Shown here piece by piece: positions 1 through 12,130 of a stretch of 64,000 nucleotides of DNA. The position numbers were made by a program, and so were the translations under genes. Under the pieces are notes generated by a model that was not told the origin of the DNA, made no database searches, and was given only the letters and a program-made list of their open reading frames with translations. Within the stretch, counting starts at the first letter, position 1. Every line of letters starts with the position of its first letter. This DNA comes from Macrostomum lignano (Eukaryota), in contig NIVC01000108.1 of NCBI GenBank assembly GCA_002269645.1, positions 1 through 64,000 on the forward strand, written 5' to 3'.

Positions 1-1416
1 ATGTAAACAATCATAGAAGCGTCATTTAAAAAATCATAGAAGCGTCATGTAAACAATCATTAGAAGCGTAATTTAAAAAATCATGGAAGCGTCATGTAAA
101 CAATCATAGAAGCGTCATGTAAACAATCATAGAAGTGTCATTTAAAAAATCATAGAAGCGTCATTAAAAATCATAGAAGCCTCATTTATAAACTAATGAA
201 AGTGTCATTTAAAAATTAAGAAGCATCATGGTAGAATAAAAGAAGCATCATGTCAGACATGAAGGGTGTCATGTAAAAGTTAAATGCAGCTATAATGCTG
301 TGCTGGGAGAAAAAACTGAGACGTAAGGCTCTCAGAGAATATGAGACGTAAAGGCTCTCAGAGAATAACTGAGATTACGGGGGGGGGGGGGGGTTTCTGA
401 GATGTCAAGCAAAAGTCAGAAGCTATTCAAAGTTCATGTACTTTACTCAATTTTTGTATTGCATTCTTTGTTGGCTCGCCATGGGGGGGGGGCGCTGATA
501 GAAGAAGAGTCATGTAAAAAATAAAAGTAGCACTATGTATACATAAAAGAAAAGTCATGTCGAAGTTAAAAGATTCATTGGGAATTGCTGCTACGATGTC
601 AAAGCTTGGTGGAAATCGTTATAGTGCTGTGATTCTTAAAGAAGGAATCACTAAAATGTCAAGGCTTAGGGGAGAAGAATTGCTGAGATTTCAAGGCTTT
701 AGGTTGGGTTAAAGTTAGGTTAGGTCAGGTTTGGGTTGAGGGTTATATTTTATCGGGTTTTCAAGGTTAACAGGGGATTTTTTAGTTTTCAGGTTTATGG
801 GGGCCATCGCTGACATGTCAAGGCTTACGGGGGGAATAGCTGAGATGTCAAGGCTCACGGGGGTATAATGAGATTCAAGGCTAAAGTCAGAAGCTACATG
901 TAGTTTATTGAAAACTTATTGTAACTTTTTATTACATTATTTGATGCCTCCCCAGGGGAGGGATCGCTGTAATAAAAAAGCGTAATGTAAAAAATAAAAG
1001 AAGCTTCATGTCGAAGTTAAGAGATTCATTTGGGAATCCCTACGATGTCGAGGCTTGTAGGGAATCGCTATAATCCTGTAGTAGTGCTATTATGACTCTT
1101 AGAGAGAATTACTGAAATTTCAATGCTTTAGGGTTAGGTTAGGGTTATGGTTAGGGTTAGGGTTAGGGTTAGGCTAGGGTTAGGGGTTAGAAGGTTGACA
1201 GATATTTTTAGATTTCCAAGGCTTATTGGGGGCATTGCTGAGATGTCAAGGGGGGAAGTTGATATGTTAAAGCTTGTGGGGGGGAATTACTGACATGTCA
1301 AGGCTTACAAGGTTTGACAGGAGATTTTTTAAAGATTTCAAGGATACATGTAGCTTATTAAAAAAAACGTGTATTGCATTTCTTTGGCTCCCCCAACGGG
1401 GGGCGTAGATTGCTAG
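1..1416 (+). mobile_element. 3' part of an older Helitron-like unit (copy 0)
   Basis: Contains a degenerate 23-bp array related to satellite A. Ends in hairpin CCCCC-AAC-GGGGG (1390-1402) followed by CTAG (1413-1416), directly abutting the TC start of the next copy. Confidence 0.6.
1128..1190 (+). repeat. Interstitial telomere-like (TTAGGG)n, degenerate (weaker patch at 700-745)
   Basis: gggttaggttagggttatggttagggttagggttagggttaggctagggttaggggttag. Confidence 0.75.
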
Positions 1417-2777
1417 TCCTATTATACTAAAAATGAGTTGTCTGTATGTGTGAGTGAGATTAATTCAGAAAAAAGGGCTCAATTGATTTTTTTTCAAACT
1501 TTCACCATTTGATCAGAAATTTTTCTGGGACAGTACATGCATCTTGGCCTACTAAAAATTGCTCAATGTTAAAGGATTAAATATAAAAAAAAAACTATGT
1601 TTTTTGCAAAGGTCAAGCAGAATTTTTTACTTGAAATGCATTGTAAAAATGCTAAAGAAAAACCTGATTGACTGTGAGGTAAAGGTGGAGAAGATTTAAC
1701 AAGATTTGAAATGGAGGTCGGCCGGTAATTCTTCGAAACCGTAGCGTTGCGTTTGCACGAATAAAACCGGAAAATCGCACAGACAAATCACAACGAAATC
1801 TTCTCCTTTACTCCAACTGCCAGTTCTAAGTCCGGGGGGAGGGTAGTTGTAATTGTAGCGGAGCGGTCGTAGAGCGGCGACGGTCGTTCAGTTGTAGAAA
1901 CACCGGGGTAGATTTGACACCGTAGTAATCTTTTGTCGGTTTGCTGAGCTTGTTACTGTCAGTAGGGTAGATGCTGCCACCACTGTAATTTACGTATTAC
2001 GGAACGTTTAATGGTCTCAGAGCTTTCTTTAGATGAGACTGATTGGTTGTTTTACACCCCACAGGCAAAGGATTCAAGATAGGCTATGGCTTAAGTCAAC
2101 GGAAAAAATATTAAATGTTAAATTGTCGTTATTTATTAAAGCAAATATTATTATTAGTTTTTGCAGGTTAATTTTGGATTAAAGTAAAATTTATTGACGG
2201 ATGACTTCACTGGTGCTGGTGCCTAATAAACTAGCAAGATAGTGGGGAGAGATTTCCAAAAGGCTAGAAGGAAGGAGTAGAGAGAGACAACTGAGCATGA
2301 GTAGTTATATAAGCAAATAGTAAGGTAAACAACCAATGCATGAGGCAAAAATGAACCAACAAGGGGGCCATGCAATGGTTATTGGAAATTATAACCGAAA
2401 CATATATAGAATCGCTTAAATTCAATCATTGAAAAGACTGTTAACCAACAATCGGAAAACGAATAGCAACAGTGGGTCCACTCCTAGGGCCCACAAAAGG
2501 AGGGGTGAGTCATATTACAATGATTGGCCGCACAGGTTGGTATTCACGAAAAAATACTGGCACGCATTCAAAAATAAAAATTATTAAAATATAATTATTA
2601 AACGGTGGCAACCCCACTGCCACAGACTGAATTTCAATTCTGATAAAGATTGCATCACAACAAGTTAAAAACAGTGCCAAAGAAATTCACACATGACCTG
2701 ATTTAAATTGCATAACTAGGCCTAACTTGAATTGAGACTAATATTGGCTGACTGAGAAATTGATTATGTCATAACTT
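1417..2777 (+). mobile_element. Truncated Helitron-like head (copy 1), interrupted by a solo LTR
   Basis: Starts TCCTATTATACTAAAAATGAG. Colinear with the heads at 2810 and 5600 once 1675-2624 plus one GACTG is removed. Confidence 0.7.
1675..2624. mobile_element. Solo LTR (950 bp)
   Basis: Termini TGAGG...CCACA. 5-bp target duplication GACTG at 1670-1674 and 2625-2629. The uninterrupted empty site is visible in the sister copy near 5845 (gaatgactgaatttc). Confidence 0.8.
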
Positions 2778-3301
2778 ATCCATCCAATATACTAAAAATC
2801 AAATCAAAATCCTATATACTAAAAATGAGTTGTCTGTATGTATGTATGTATGTATGTATATGGGTATGCAATTGATTTCAGAAAAATTGGCTCAACCGAT
2901 TTTTTTCAAACTTGCACCATTCGATCAGAAATTTTCCTGGGACGGTACATGCATCTTGGCTAAGAAATTGCTCAATGTTAAAGGGATTAAATATTCGAAA
3001 AACATGCTTTTTTGCAAAGGTCAAGAAAATTTTTTGACTTGAAATGCATTGTAAGAATGCTAGAGAAAAAACTGACTGGCTGAATTTCAATTCTGATAAA
3101 GATTGCATCACAACAAGGTGAAAACAGTGCCACAGAAACGCACACAAGACTTGATTAAAATTGTGTAACAATATTGCTAACTTAAATTAAGACTGATACT
3201 GGCTGACTGAGAAATTGATTATGTCATAAATTTTTACTCTAACCGACTTGCTGTAAGAATTGAATTATAAGGGCCACAATTCATGTGCTCCAATTGAAAA
3301 A

Positions 3302-3367
3302 GATAGCCTAGATGCGAACAGACTGGACTACTAATGTAGCGACCTGGGTTCGAATCTTGGTAGCGCA
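3302..3367 (+). other. tRNA-derived/SINE-like segment inside the Helitron head (second copy about 6077-6142)
   Basis: A-box-like TAGCCTAGATG and B-box GGTTCGAATC at tRNA-like spacing. The cloverleaf is imperfect, so it is not called a tRNA gene. Confidence 0.55.
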
Positions 3368-3404
3368 AAATGATTTTTTATTAAAACACCTTAAAAACAA
3401 AAAA

Positions 3405-4810
3405 CTGCTAAACATAAAAGAAGCGCAATGTCAAACATACAAGAGCCACCATGTCAAACATAAAAGAGCCACCATTTCGAACAAAAAAAAGAGTTACCAT
3501 TAAGAACATTAAAGAGCCACCATGTCGAACATTAAAAAGCCATCATGTCAAACATAAAACAGACACCATTAAGAACATAAAAGAGCCACCATGTCAAAAC
3601 ATTAAAGAGCCACCATGTCAAACATAAAACAGACACCATAAAGAACATTAAAGAGCCACCATGTCGAACATAAAAGAACTACAATGTCAAACATTAAAGA
3701 GCCACCATGTCGAACATTAAAGAGCCACCATGTCAAACATAAAACAGACACCAATAAAAACATTAAAGAGCCACCATGTCGAACATTAAAGAGCCATCAT
3801 GTCAAACATAAAACAGCCACCATGTCAAACATTAAAGAGCCACCATGTAAAACATTAAAGAGCCACTATGTCGAACATAAAAGAGGTACCATGTCAAACA
3901 TTGAAGAGCCACCATGTCGAACATAAAAGAGCCACCATGTCGAACATAAAAGAGCCACCATGTCAACCATAAAAGAACCACCACGTCAAGCATATACATT
4001 ACTCCATGCCAAACATTAAAGAGCCACCATGCCAAACATTAAAGAGCCAGCATGTCAAACATAAAAGAGCCACCATGTCAAACATTATTGAGCCACCATG
4101 TCAGACATTAAAGAGCCACCATGCCAAACATAAAAGAGCCACCATGTCGAACATAAAAGAGCCACCATGTCAAACATAAAAGAGCCACCATGTCGAACAT
4201 TATTGAGCCACCATGTCGAACATAAAAGAGCCACCATGCCAAACATAAAAGAGCCGCCATGTCAAACATAAAAAAGCCACCATGTCAACCATAAAAGAAC
4301 CACCACGTCAAGCATATACATTACTCCATGTCAAACATTAAAGAGCCACCATGTCAAACATAAAAGAGCCACCATATCAAACATTAAAGAGCCACAATGT
4401 CAAAAATTAAAGAGCCACCATGTCGAAGATTAAAGTGCTACCATGTCAAACATAGAAGAGCCACCATGTCAAACATTAAAGAGCCACAATGTCAAACACA
4501 AAAGAGCCACCATGTCAAACATAGAAGAGACACCATGTCGAACAACTGAGCCATCATGTCAAACATAACAGAGACACCATGTCAAACATTAAAGAGCCAC
4601 CATGTCAAACATTAAAGAACCACGATGTCAATCATTAAAGAGCCACTATGTCAAACATATACGTGACTCCATGTCAAACATTAAAGAGCTACCATGTCAA
4701 ACATAGAAGAGCCACCATGTCAAACATAGAAGAGACACCATGTGTTCATGTCAAACATAGAAGAGCCACCATGTCAAACATAAAAAGAAGTGTCATGCCA
4801 AACAAAATGG
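3405..4810 (+). repeat. Satellite A, 23-bp unit ATGTCAAACATAAAAGAGCCACC (second block 6190-7136)
   Basis: Direct tandem periodicity visible in the sequence. Confidence 0.95.
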
Positions 4811-4849
4811 AGCCACTATAAAGCTAAGGAAATTATTGCACTAGCTACT

Positions 4850-5480
4850 TGATGTCTGGTGGATGCTTGCTATTTAAGGATGGATACTTGCTATCAGGGG
4901 GATGCTTGCTATCTGAGTGATGCTTGCTATTGGGGGAGGGATGCTTGCTATCGGAAGAATGCTTGCTATCTGGGGTAACTTGCTATTGGGGGATGCTTGC
5001 TCTTGGGGAGTGGAGGGTACTTGCTATCTGAGAGGGGGTTGCTAGCTATCTATAAGGATTCTTTGTATCCAGGGATGCTTGCTATCTGGCGGATGGTTGC
5101 ATGCTGTCTGGGGATGCTTGCATGCTGTCTGGGGATGCTTGCTATCTGGGCGATTCTTGCTATCTGGGAGATGCTTGCTATCTGGGGGATGCTTGCATGC
5201 TGTCTGGGGATGCTTGCTATCTGGGGATTCTTGCTATCTGGGGATGCTTGAGTGCTGTCTGGGGATGCTTGCTATATCTGGGGGATTCGTGCTATCTGGG
5301 AGATGCTTGCATGCTGTCTGGGGATGCTTGCTATCTGGGGGATGCTTGCTATCTGGAAGATGCTTGCATGCTGTCTGGGGATGCTTGCTATCTGGGGGAT
5401 TCTTGCTATTTGGGGGATGCTTGCTATCTGGGAGATGCTTGCATGCTATCTGGGAGATGCTTGCATGCTGTCTGGGGATG
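4850..5480 (+). repeat. Satellite B, about 17-bp unit GGGGATGCTTGCTATCT
   Basis: Tandem periodicity; explains the repetitive ORFs at 4997-5641. Confidence 0.92.
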
Positions 5481-5599
5481 TTTTCTTTACAGATGGAATG
5501 TCTGTTGTCTTTGTGAAAGCTTTATTTCGCTGTATTTTTGTTACTTTTAGAGAACAGATATTCTATTTAGATGTCCCCCATCGGGGGGCGAAGATTGCT

Positions 5600-7140
5600 T
5601 ATATACTAAAAATGAAATGTCTGTGTGTATGTGTGAGATAGATTCCAGAAAAAACGGCTCAATCGATTTTCTTCAAACTTGCACCATTCAATCAGAAATT
5701 TTCCTGGGACGGTACATGCATCTTGGCTAAGAAATTGCTCAATGTTAAAGGGATTAAATATTCGAAAAACATGCTTTTTTGCAAAGCTCAAGAAAATTTT
5801 TTGACTTGAAATGCATTGTAAGAATGCTAGAGAAAAACCTGAATGACTGAATTTCAATTCTGATAAAGATTGCATCACAATCACAACAAGTTGAAAACAG
5901 TGTCGAAGAAATGCACACACGACTTGATTTAAATTGCGTAACCAATATTGCTAACTTGAACTGAGACTGATACTGGCTGACTGAGAAATTGATTATGTCA
6001 TAACTTTTTACTTTAATTGACTTGCTGTAAGAATTGAATTATAAGGACCACAATTCATGTACTCCAATTGAAAAGAGATAGCCTAGATACGAACAGACTG
6101 GACTGCCAACGTAGCGACCTGGGTTTGAATCTTAGTAGTGCAAAATAATTTTTTTATTAAAAAACCTTGAAAACACGAAACTGCTAAACATAAAAAAGCA
6201 CAATGTCAAACATAAAAGAGGCACCATGTCAAACATTACATGGGCACCATGTAAAACATATACGTGACTCTATGTCAAACATTAAAGAGCCACCATGTAA
6301 AACATAAAAGAGTCACCATTTTGAACATTAAAGAGCCACCACATCAAACATTAAAGTGCCACCATGTCAAACATAAAAGAGCCATACCATGAAGAACATT
6401 AAAAAGCAACCATATCGAAGATAAAAGAGCCACCATGTCAAACATACAAGAGTCACCATGTCAACATGTCAAATATTAAAAAGCAACCATATTGAACATT
6501 AAAGAACCACCATGTCAAACATACAAGAGTCACCATGTCAAACATTAAAGAGCCACCATGTAAAACACAAAAGAGCCACCATGTAAAACATAATCATGAC
6601 TCTGTGTCAAACAATAAAGAGCCACTATGTTGAACAATAAAGAGCCACCATGTCAAACATTAAAGAGCCACCATGTCGAACATAAAAGAGCCACCATGTC
6701 AAACATTTAGGAGCCACCATGTCAAACATTTAAGAGCCACCATATCAAACATTTAAGAGCCACCATGTCAAACATATGTGACTTTATGTCAAACAATAAA
6801 AAGCCACCATTTCGAACATAAAAGAGCTATACCATGAAGAACATTAAAAAGCCACCATGTCGAACATTAAAGAGTCCCCATGTCGAACATAAAAGAGCCA
6901 TCATGTAGAATATTAAAGAGCCACCATGAATAACATTAAAGAGTCCCCATGTCGAACATAAAAGAGCCATCATGTAGAATATTAAAGAGCCACCATGAAG
7001 AACATTAAAGAGTCCCCATGTCGAACATAAAAGAGCCATCATGTAGAACATTAAAGAGCCACCATGTCAAACATTTAGGAGCCACCATGTCAAACATTTA
7101 AGAGCCACCATATCAAACATTTAAGAGCCACCATGTCTAG
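5600..7140 (+). mobile_element. Helitron-like copy 3 (head plus satellite A, 3'-truncated)
   Basis: Head is highly similar to 2810-3400 and is followed by satellite A at 6190-7136. Confidence 0.65.
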
Positions 7141-7215
7141 CTTCATGTATAGCTTCATTTACATCATGTATAGCTTCTATATCTGCCGGTCCCGCCTTCC
7201 GCAGCTCCGCCCGCA

Positions 7216-10200
7216 ATGCCGGCACGAAAGTCGCCGCTAATCGCCTGCGAGGACTGCGGCAAGCAGTTCAGGAGCCACTACATCCTCATCCTGCACGCCC
7301 GCTACCACCGCAAGGAGAGCAACTACATCTTTCAGCGGCATACGGCCGGCGGCTGCCAGCCTGAGGCCGACGACGCCGCCGCTGATTCCCAGCCGCGGTG
7401 CCTGGACGAGCCCGACGAGCCGCTGCCTTCGGCCGCCAGCCCGCCGGCCGAGCTCGGCCAGATGTCGCCGCCGCACCTGCCGAACCCGGAGGCTCCCCGG
7501 CCCGCCCTTGTAGAGGAGGATGAGGAGGAGGGGATGGTCGGGGACGATGATGACGGCGACTTCTCCGTCCAGGAGGCTGGCGGCGCGGCTCGCCGGCGCG
7601 CGCCTCGGCCTGGCGTCGAAGAGGCCGACTTTGACGACGAAGAGGAGTACGAGATGGAGAGCGCCGAGGAGCTGGAGTGCGAGATTTGCGATGCCAGGTT
7701 CCACCAGGTGTGCTTCTGGCTAATCAGGGAGCCTTGCTTCGATGTGTTCGCCCAGTGCCATCTAGCAGATCCCCCAGTCCCATCTAGCAGATCCCTCAGT
7801 TCCATTTAGCAGATTACAGTCCCATCTAGCAGATACCCCAGTCTCAATGTCAATCGCGGACCTGCCCGCCCAGGTGCTGGAGCTGCTGAAGCACATCCGG
7901 GTGCACCGGTACGAGCTGACGGAGTCGAACTACCAGCAGTACCGCAGGAAGATCGTCACCACCTACCGGCCCAACAGCGTTCGCCTGGACCTGCGCCGCC
8001 TCACAGACGAAGCCGCCGGTCAGGAAGTTTTCGGCGGCGGCCGCAGCCTGCAACCGGCAGCTGGCGGGCCTGGAAGGGCCGCCGAGGCCAGCGGGGCCAG
8101 CACCGAGTACGAGTGCGACTACTGCGGCAAGCGGTTCCCCACCGCCTCCAACCTGCGCCGGCACATCCCGGTGCATACGGGTGAGCGGCCGCACCAGTGC
8201 CCGTTCTGCGGCTGCCGGTTCGGAGACCGGTCCTACATGCTCAAGCACACGCGCTTCGTGCACAATGTTGAGCTGGCCAGGGTGCAGAAGGCCAAGACCA
8301 GGCCGCGGTACGCCAATAGCGCCTGCTTTAAGGTGAGCGCTGCGCTCATTAGCCACTGAAAGTAGAAACTGAAGTGTCTTTCAATAATAATAAACCCGGA
8401 GTGTTTCTTTGGCAAGATATCTTGATGTTTTCGTAAAATTCCAAACCGTGGAGGTTTCTTAGAATCTCGGCTGTGAGGGTTTCTTAGAATCTCGGCTGTG
8501 ATGGCTTCTTAGAATCCCAATCGTGGTTTCTTAGAATATCAGCTGTAAGGGTTTCTTAGAATCCCAATCGTGGAGGTTTCTTAGAATCCTAATCGTGGAA
8601 TTTTCTTAGAGAATATCAGCTGTGAGGGTTTCTTAGAATCCCAATCGTGGAGGTTTCTTAGAATCCTAATCGTGGAATTTTCTTAGAATATCAGCTGTGA
8701 GGGTTTCTTAGAATCCCAATCGTGGAGGTTTCTTAGAATATCAGCTGCGATGGTTTCTTAGAATCATGATCGTGGAGGTTTCTTAGAATCCTAACCGCGA
8801 GGGTTTCGTAGAATCCAAACCGTGGAGGTTTCTTAGAGCCCTAACCGCTGTAAAATCTGAAGACTGCGATTTAAGCTGACGAGAAAACGTGGGACCCAAA
8901 ATGGCCAAATTAGCTACTTATATATTTGAGGTTCTGCAAGTGAACAATACGACGTACATAAATTATGCAACCCAAGATGTACATGTACAATATATTAGAA
9001 TATAACTTGCTCACTCAGAGAAAATCGAAAACAATATTGCAAGACATTTACTTCTCTCCCCGAAAACTAAAAAGCTTAAAACGCGGAATGTTTTCGTAAA
9101 ATCCCCAACTGTGGAGGTTTCTTAGAATCCCCAACCGTGGAGGTTTCTTAGAATCCCCAACCGTGGAGGTTTCTTAGAATCCCCAACCGTGGAGGTTTCT
9201 TAGAATCCCCAACCGTGGAGGTTTCTTAGAATCCCTAACTGTGGAGGTTTCTTAGAATCCCCAACCGTGGAGGTTTCTTAGAATCCCCAACCGTGGAGGT
9301 TTCTTAGAATCCTAACCGCGAAGGTTTCTTAGAATCCCCAACTGTGGAGGTTTCTTAGAATCCCCAACCGTGGAGGTTTCTTAGAATCCCCAACCGTGGA
9401 GGTTTCTTAGAATCCCCAACCGTGGAGGTTTCTTAGAATCCTAACCGCGAAGGTTTCTTAGAATCCCCAACTGTGGAGGTTTCTTAGAATCCCCAACCAT
9501 GGAGGTTTCTTAGAATCCCCAACCGTGGAGGTTTCTTAGAATCCCCAACCGTGGAGGTTTCTTAGAATCCCCAACCGTGGAGGTTTCTTAGAATCCTAAC
9601 CGCGAAGGTTTCTTAGAATCCCCAACTGTGGAGGTTTCTTAGAATCCCCAACCGTGGAGGTTTCTTAGAATCCCCAACCGTGGAGGTTTCTTAGAATCCT
9701 AACCGCGAAGGTTTCTTAGAATCCCTAACTGTGGAGGTTTCTTAGAATCCCCAACCGTGGAGGTTTCTTAGAATCCCCAACCGTGGAGGTTTCTTAGAAT
9801 CCCCAACCGTGGAGGTTTCTTAGAATCCTAACCGCGAAGGTTTCTTAGAATCCCCAACTGTGGAGGTTTCTTAGAATCCCCAACCGTGGAGGTTTCTTAG
9901 AATCCCCAACCGTGGAGGTTTCTTAGAATCCTAACCGCGAAGGTTTCTTAGAATCCCCAACCGTGGAGGTTTCTTAGAATCCTAACCGCGAAGGTTTCTT
10001 AGAATCCCCAACTGTGGAGGTTTCTTAGAATCCCCAACCATGGAGGTTTCTTATAATCCCCAACCGTGGAGGTTTCTTAGAATCCCCAACCGTGGAGGTT
10101 TCTTAGAATCCCCAACCGTGGAGGTTTCTTAGAATCCTAACCGCGAAGGTTTCTTAGAATCCCCAACTGTGGAGGTTTCTTAGAATCCCCAACCGTGGAG

Positions 10201-11109
10201 GTTTCTTAGAATCCCCAACCGTGGAGGTTTCTTAGAATCCTAACCGCGAAGGTTTCTTAGAATCCCTAACTGTGGAGGTTTCTTAGAATCCCCAACCGTG
10301 GAGGTTTCTTAGAATCCCCAACCGTGGAGGTTTCTTAGAATCCCCAACCGTGGAGGTTTCTTAGAATCCTAACCGCGAAGGTTTCTTAGAATCCCCAACT
10401 GTGGAGGTTTCTTAGAATCCCCAACCGTGGAGGTTTCTTAGAATCCCCAACCGTGGAGGTTTCTTAGAATCCTAACGCGAAGGTTTCTTAGAATCCCTAA
10501 CTGTGGAGGTTTCTTAGAATCCCCAACCGTGGAGGTTTCGTAGAATCCCCAACTGTGGAGGTTTCTTAGAATCCCCACCGCGGAGGTTTCTTATAATTTC
10601 AATCGCTAGGTCGTTTTAGCCACAGAGCATTAAATGAATTCTAACCGCTCTAAGAATAACAATGTCCAATCCGATCCCCGCTGCCCCATCAATATCTGCA
10701 GTGCCAGATCTGCAACAGGTACTTTGAGAACGCGGACATTCTGGCCGTCCACCTGGAAAAATACCACAGCCGGCCGGGCCAGAGCTCCCGCCACCAGCAG
10801 CAGCAGCAGCCGCGCCATCACGGCGGCGCCGATGCTGACGAGGAGGCCGAGGATGAGTACCCGGAGGAGGAGGACGCCCTGCTGGGCGGGCACAGGCCGG
10901 CCGACCCGGACACGGAGACCCTATTCTCCTGCGACCAGTGCGACTTCATCTCGGCCGACCTGGCCCAGCTACACGCCCACCTGACCGAGCACGCGGACCA
11001 TCAGCAGCAGCAGCAGCAGTCCCAGTCTCCGCCTGCCACGGCCGCTGCCGCCCCATCGGCTAGCGACGAGCCGAAGCCTCGCCTGACCGTCACCATCTCG
11101 GACGGCTGA
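7216..11109 (+). CDS. C2H2 zinc-finger protein, 6 fingers, about 452 aa, 3 coding exons
   Basis: Exons 7216-7707, 7874-8332 and 10702-11109, all phase 0 with GT-AG junctions. Splicing restores fingers split by introns (CEICDARFHQ|VLELLKHIRVH and ACFK|CQICNRYFENADILAVHLEKYH). A TGERP linker is present. Acceptor ttccgcag ends at 7204, just before the ATG. Confidence 0.9.
8445..10595 (+). repeat. 26-bp minisatellite CCCCAACCGTGGAGGTTTCTTAGAAT in zinc-finger intron 2 (blocks 8445-8845 and 9100-10595)
   Basis: Tandem array with a periodic 25-bp variant CCTAACCGCGAAGG. Confidence 0.95.
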
Positions 11110-11149
11110 GTACGCCGGCACTGAGGTTAATGGTGACTGGCTTTTGTGA

Positions 11150-11335
11150 CTCCCAGATCCTCGGATTGGGTGTCTGGAATCCCAGATCCTCAGATAGGAT
11201 CTCTGGCATCCCAGATCCTCGGATTGGGTGTCTGGCATCCCAGATCCTCAGATTGGGTGTCTGGCATCCCAGATCCTCAGATTGGGTGTCTGGCATCCCA
11301 GATCCTCAGATTGGGTGTCTGGCATCCCAGATCCG
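11150..11335 (+). repeat. 29-bp repeat, about 6 copies, just after the zinc-finger stop codon
   Basis: Unit CCCAGATCCTCAGATTGGGTGTCTGGCAT. Confidence 0.9.
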
Positions 11336-12130
11336 CATAAGTTTCGCAAAGCAACATTATTGGCCATAACGCATTGCTGCAGTCACATCCGCATATTTTG
11401 TATTTGCACCTCCTTTGTTCAACCCGGCGACATGGGTTCTGTTCTCGCTGCTTTGATGTTGTGCATTTTTATTTATCATGTTAAAGTAAGTCTACTGTTT
11501 TAGCTTGCATATATGAATATGCATTGTAATTAATTAATAACTAACTGTAACTAATAACTAACTAACTGTAAGTGTATTTATTGTGGCTATATTTATTCAC
11601 CATATACAACAAAACCCGCTGTTTCATACTTGGCGTGGCTTACTACTAAAAGTAGGCTGGTGCCGGTGTCTTTGCGAGTGTCTATATATATACATATATA
11701 TGCTTATTAGCACTCTGCGTAATCACCATGCTAAGCCATCGCGGTTGCACCTGTTCATACTGTAGAGCTGTGTAACACTAGCTTCAATAATGAAACTGCT
11801 TTGTTGCACTGCTATTTTTATTTATTAACTCAGTGCAAAGCTCAAGTGTGAAAAATCTTTTAAGCCTCTGGTCAGTTTAACCGGGTTTCAACTGGAAATT
11901 GGTGGACAATCGTATCCCAACAAAGTCTCAATGTTACTTTAAATCAAATTAATTTCAAAATTAGGCTTAAACCTCTACTGCAAGTAGGCTTGTAGCGTAT
12001 ATTTTGTATATAATCGAATTACATGTTAAAGATTTGAATGCGAAATCAAACACTTTGTAAAATTAATTTGTTATACTACTAGCACGATAAATTGGCACCA
12101 ATTCGAATCGAGTGCAAAGGTTTCCACAGG

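Larger units (their letters stand above)
2810..5599 (+). mobile_element. Complete non-autonomous Helitron-like unit (copy 2, about 2.8 kb) with internal satellites
   Basis: A|TCCTATATACT start, (GTAT)n microsatellite, conserved head of about 600 bp, satellite A, satellite B, and a terminal hairpin CCCCC-ATC-GGGGG (5575-5587). The CTAG is eroded at the junction with copy 3. Confidence 0.7.

Noticed and set aside
1128-1190. True chromosome end
   Set aside because: The tract is short, degenerate and flanked on both sides by non-telomeric sequence.
3302-3367. Functional tRNA gene
   Set aside because: Acceptor and anticodon stems pair poorly and the putative anticodon differs between the two copies. 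It is kept only as a tRNA-derived segment.
4997-5641. Long ORFs in the track that overlie tandem arrays (also 13545-14269, 14494-15031, 17008-18214, 18429-19222, 20362-21118, 25606-26279, 28007-29119, 50633-51422, 52650-53548)
   Set aside because: Their periodic peptides come from stop-free repeat units, and the arrays lie inside GT-AG introns or spacers of genes whose exons join without them.
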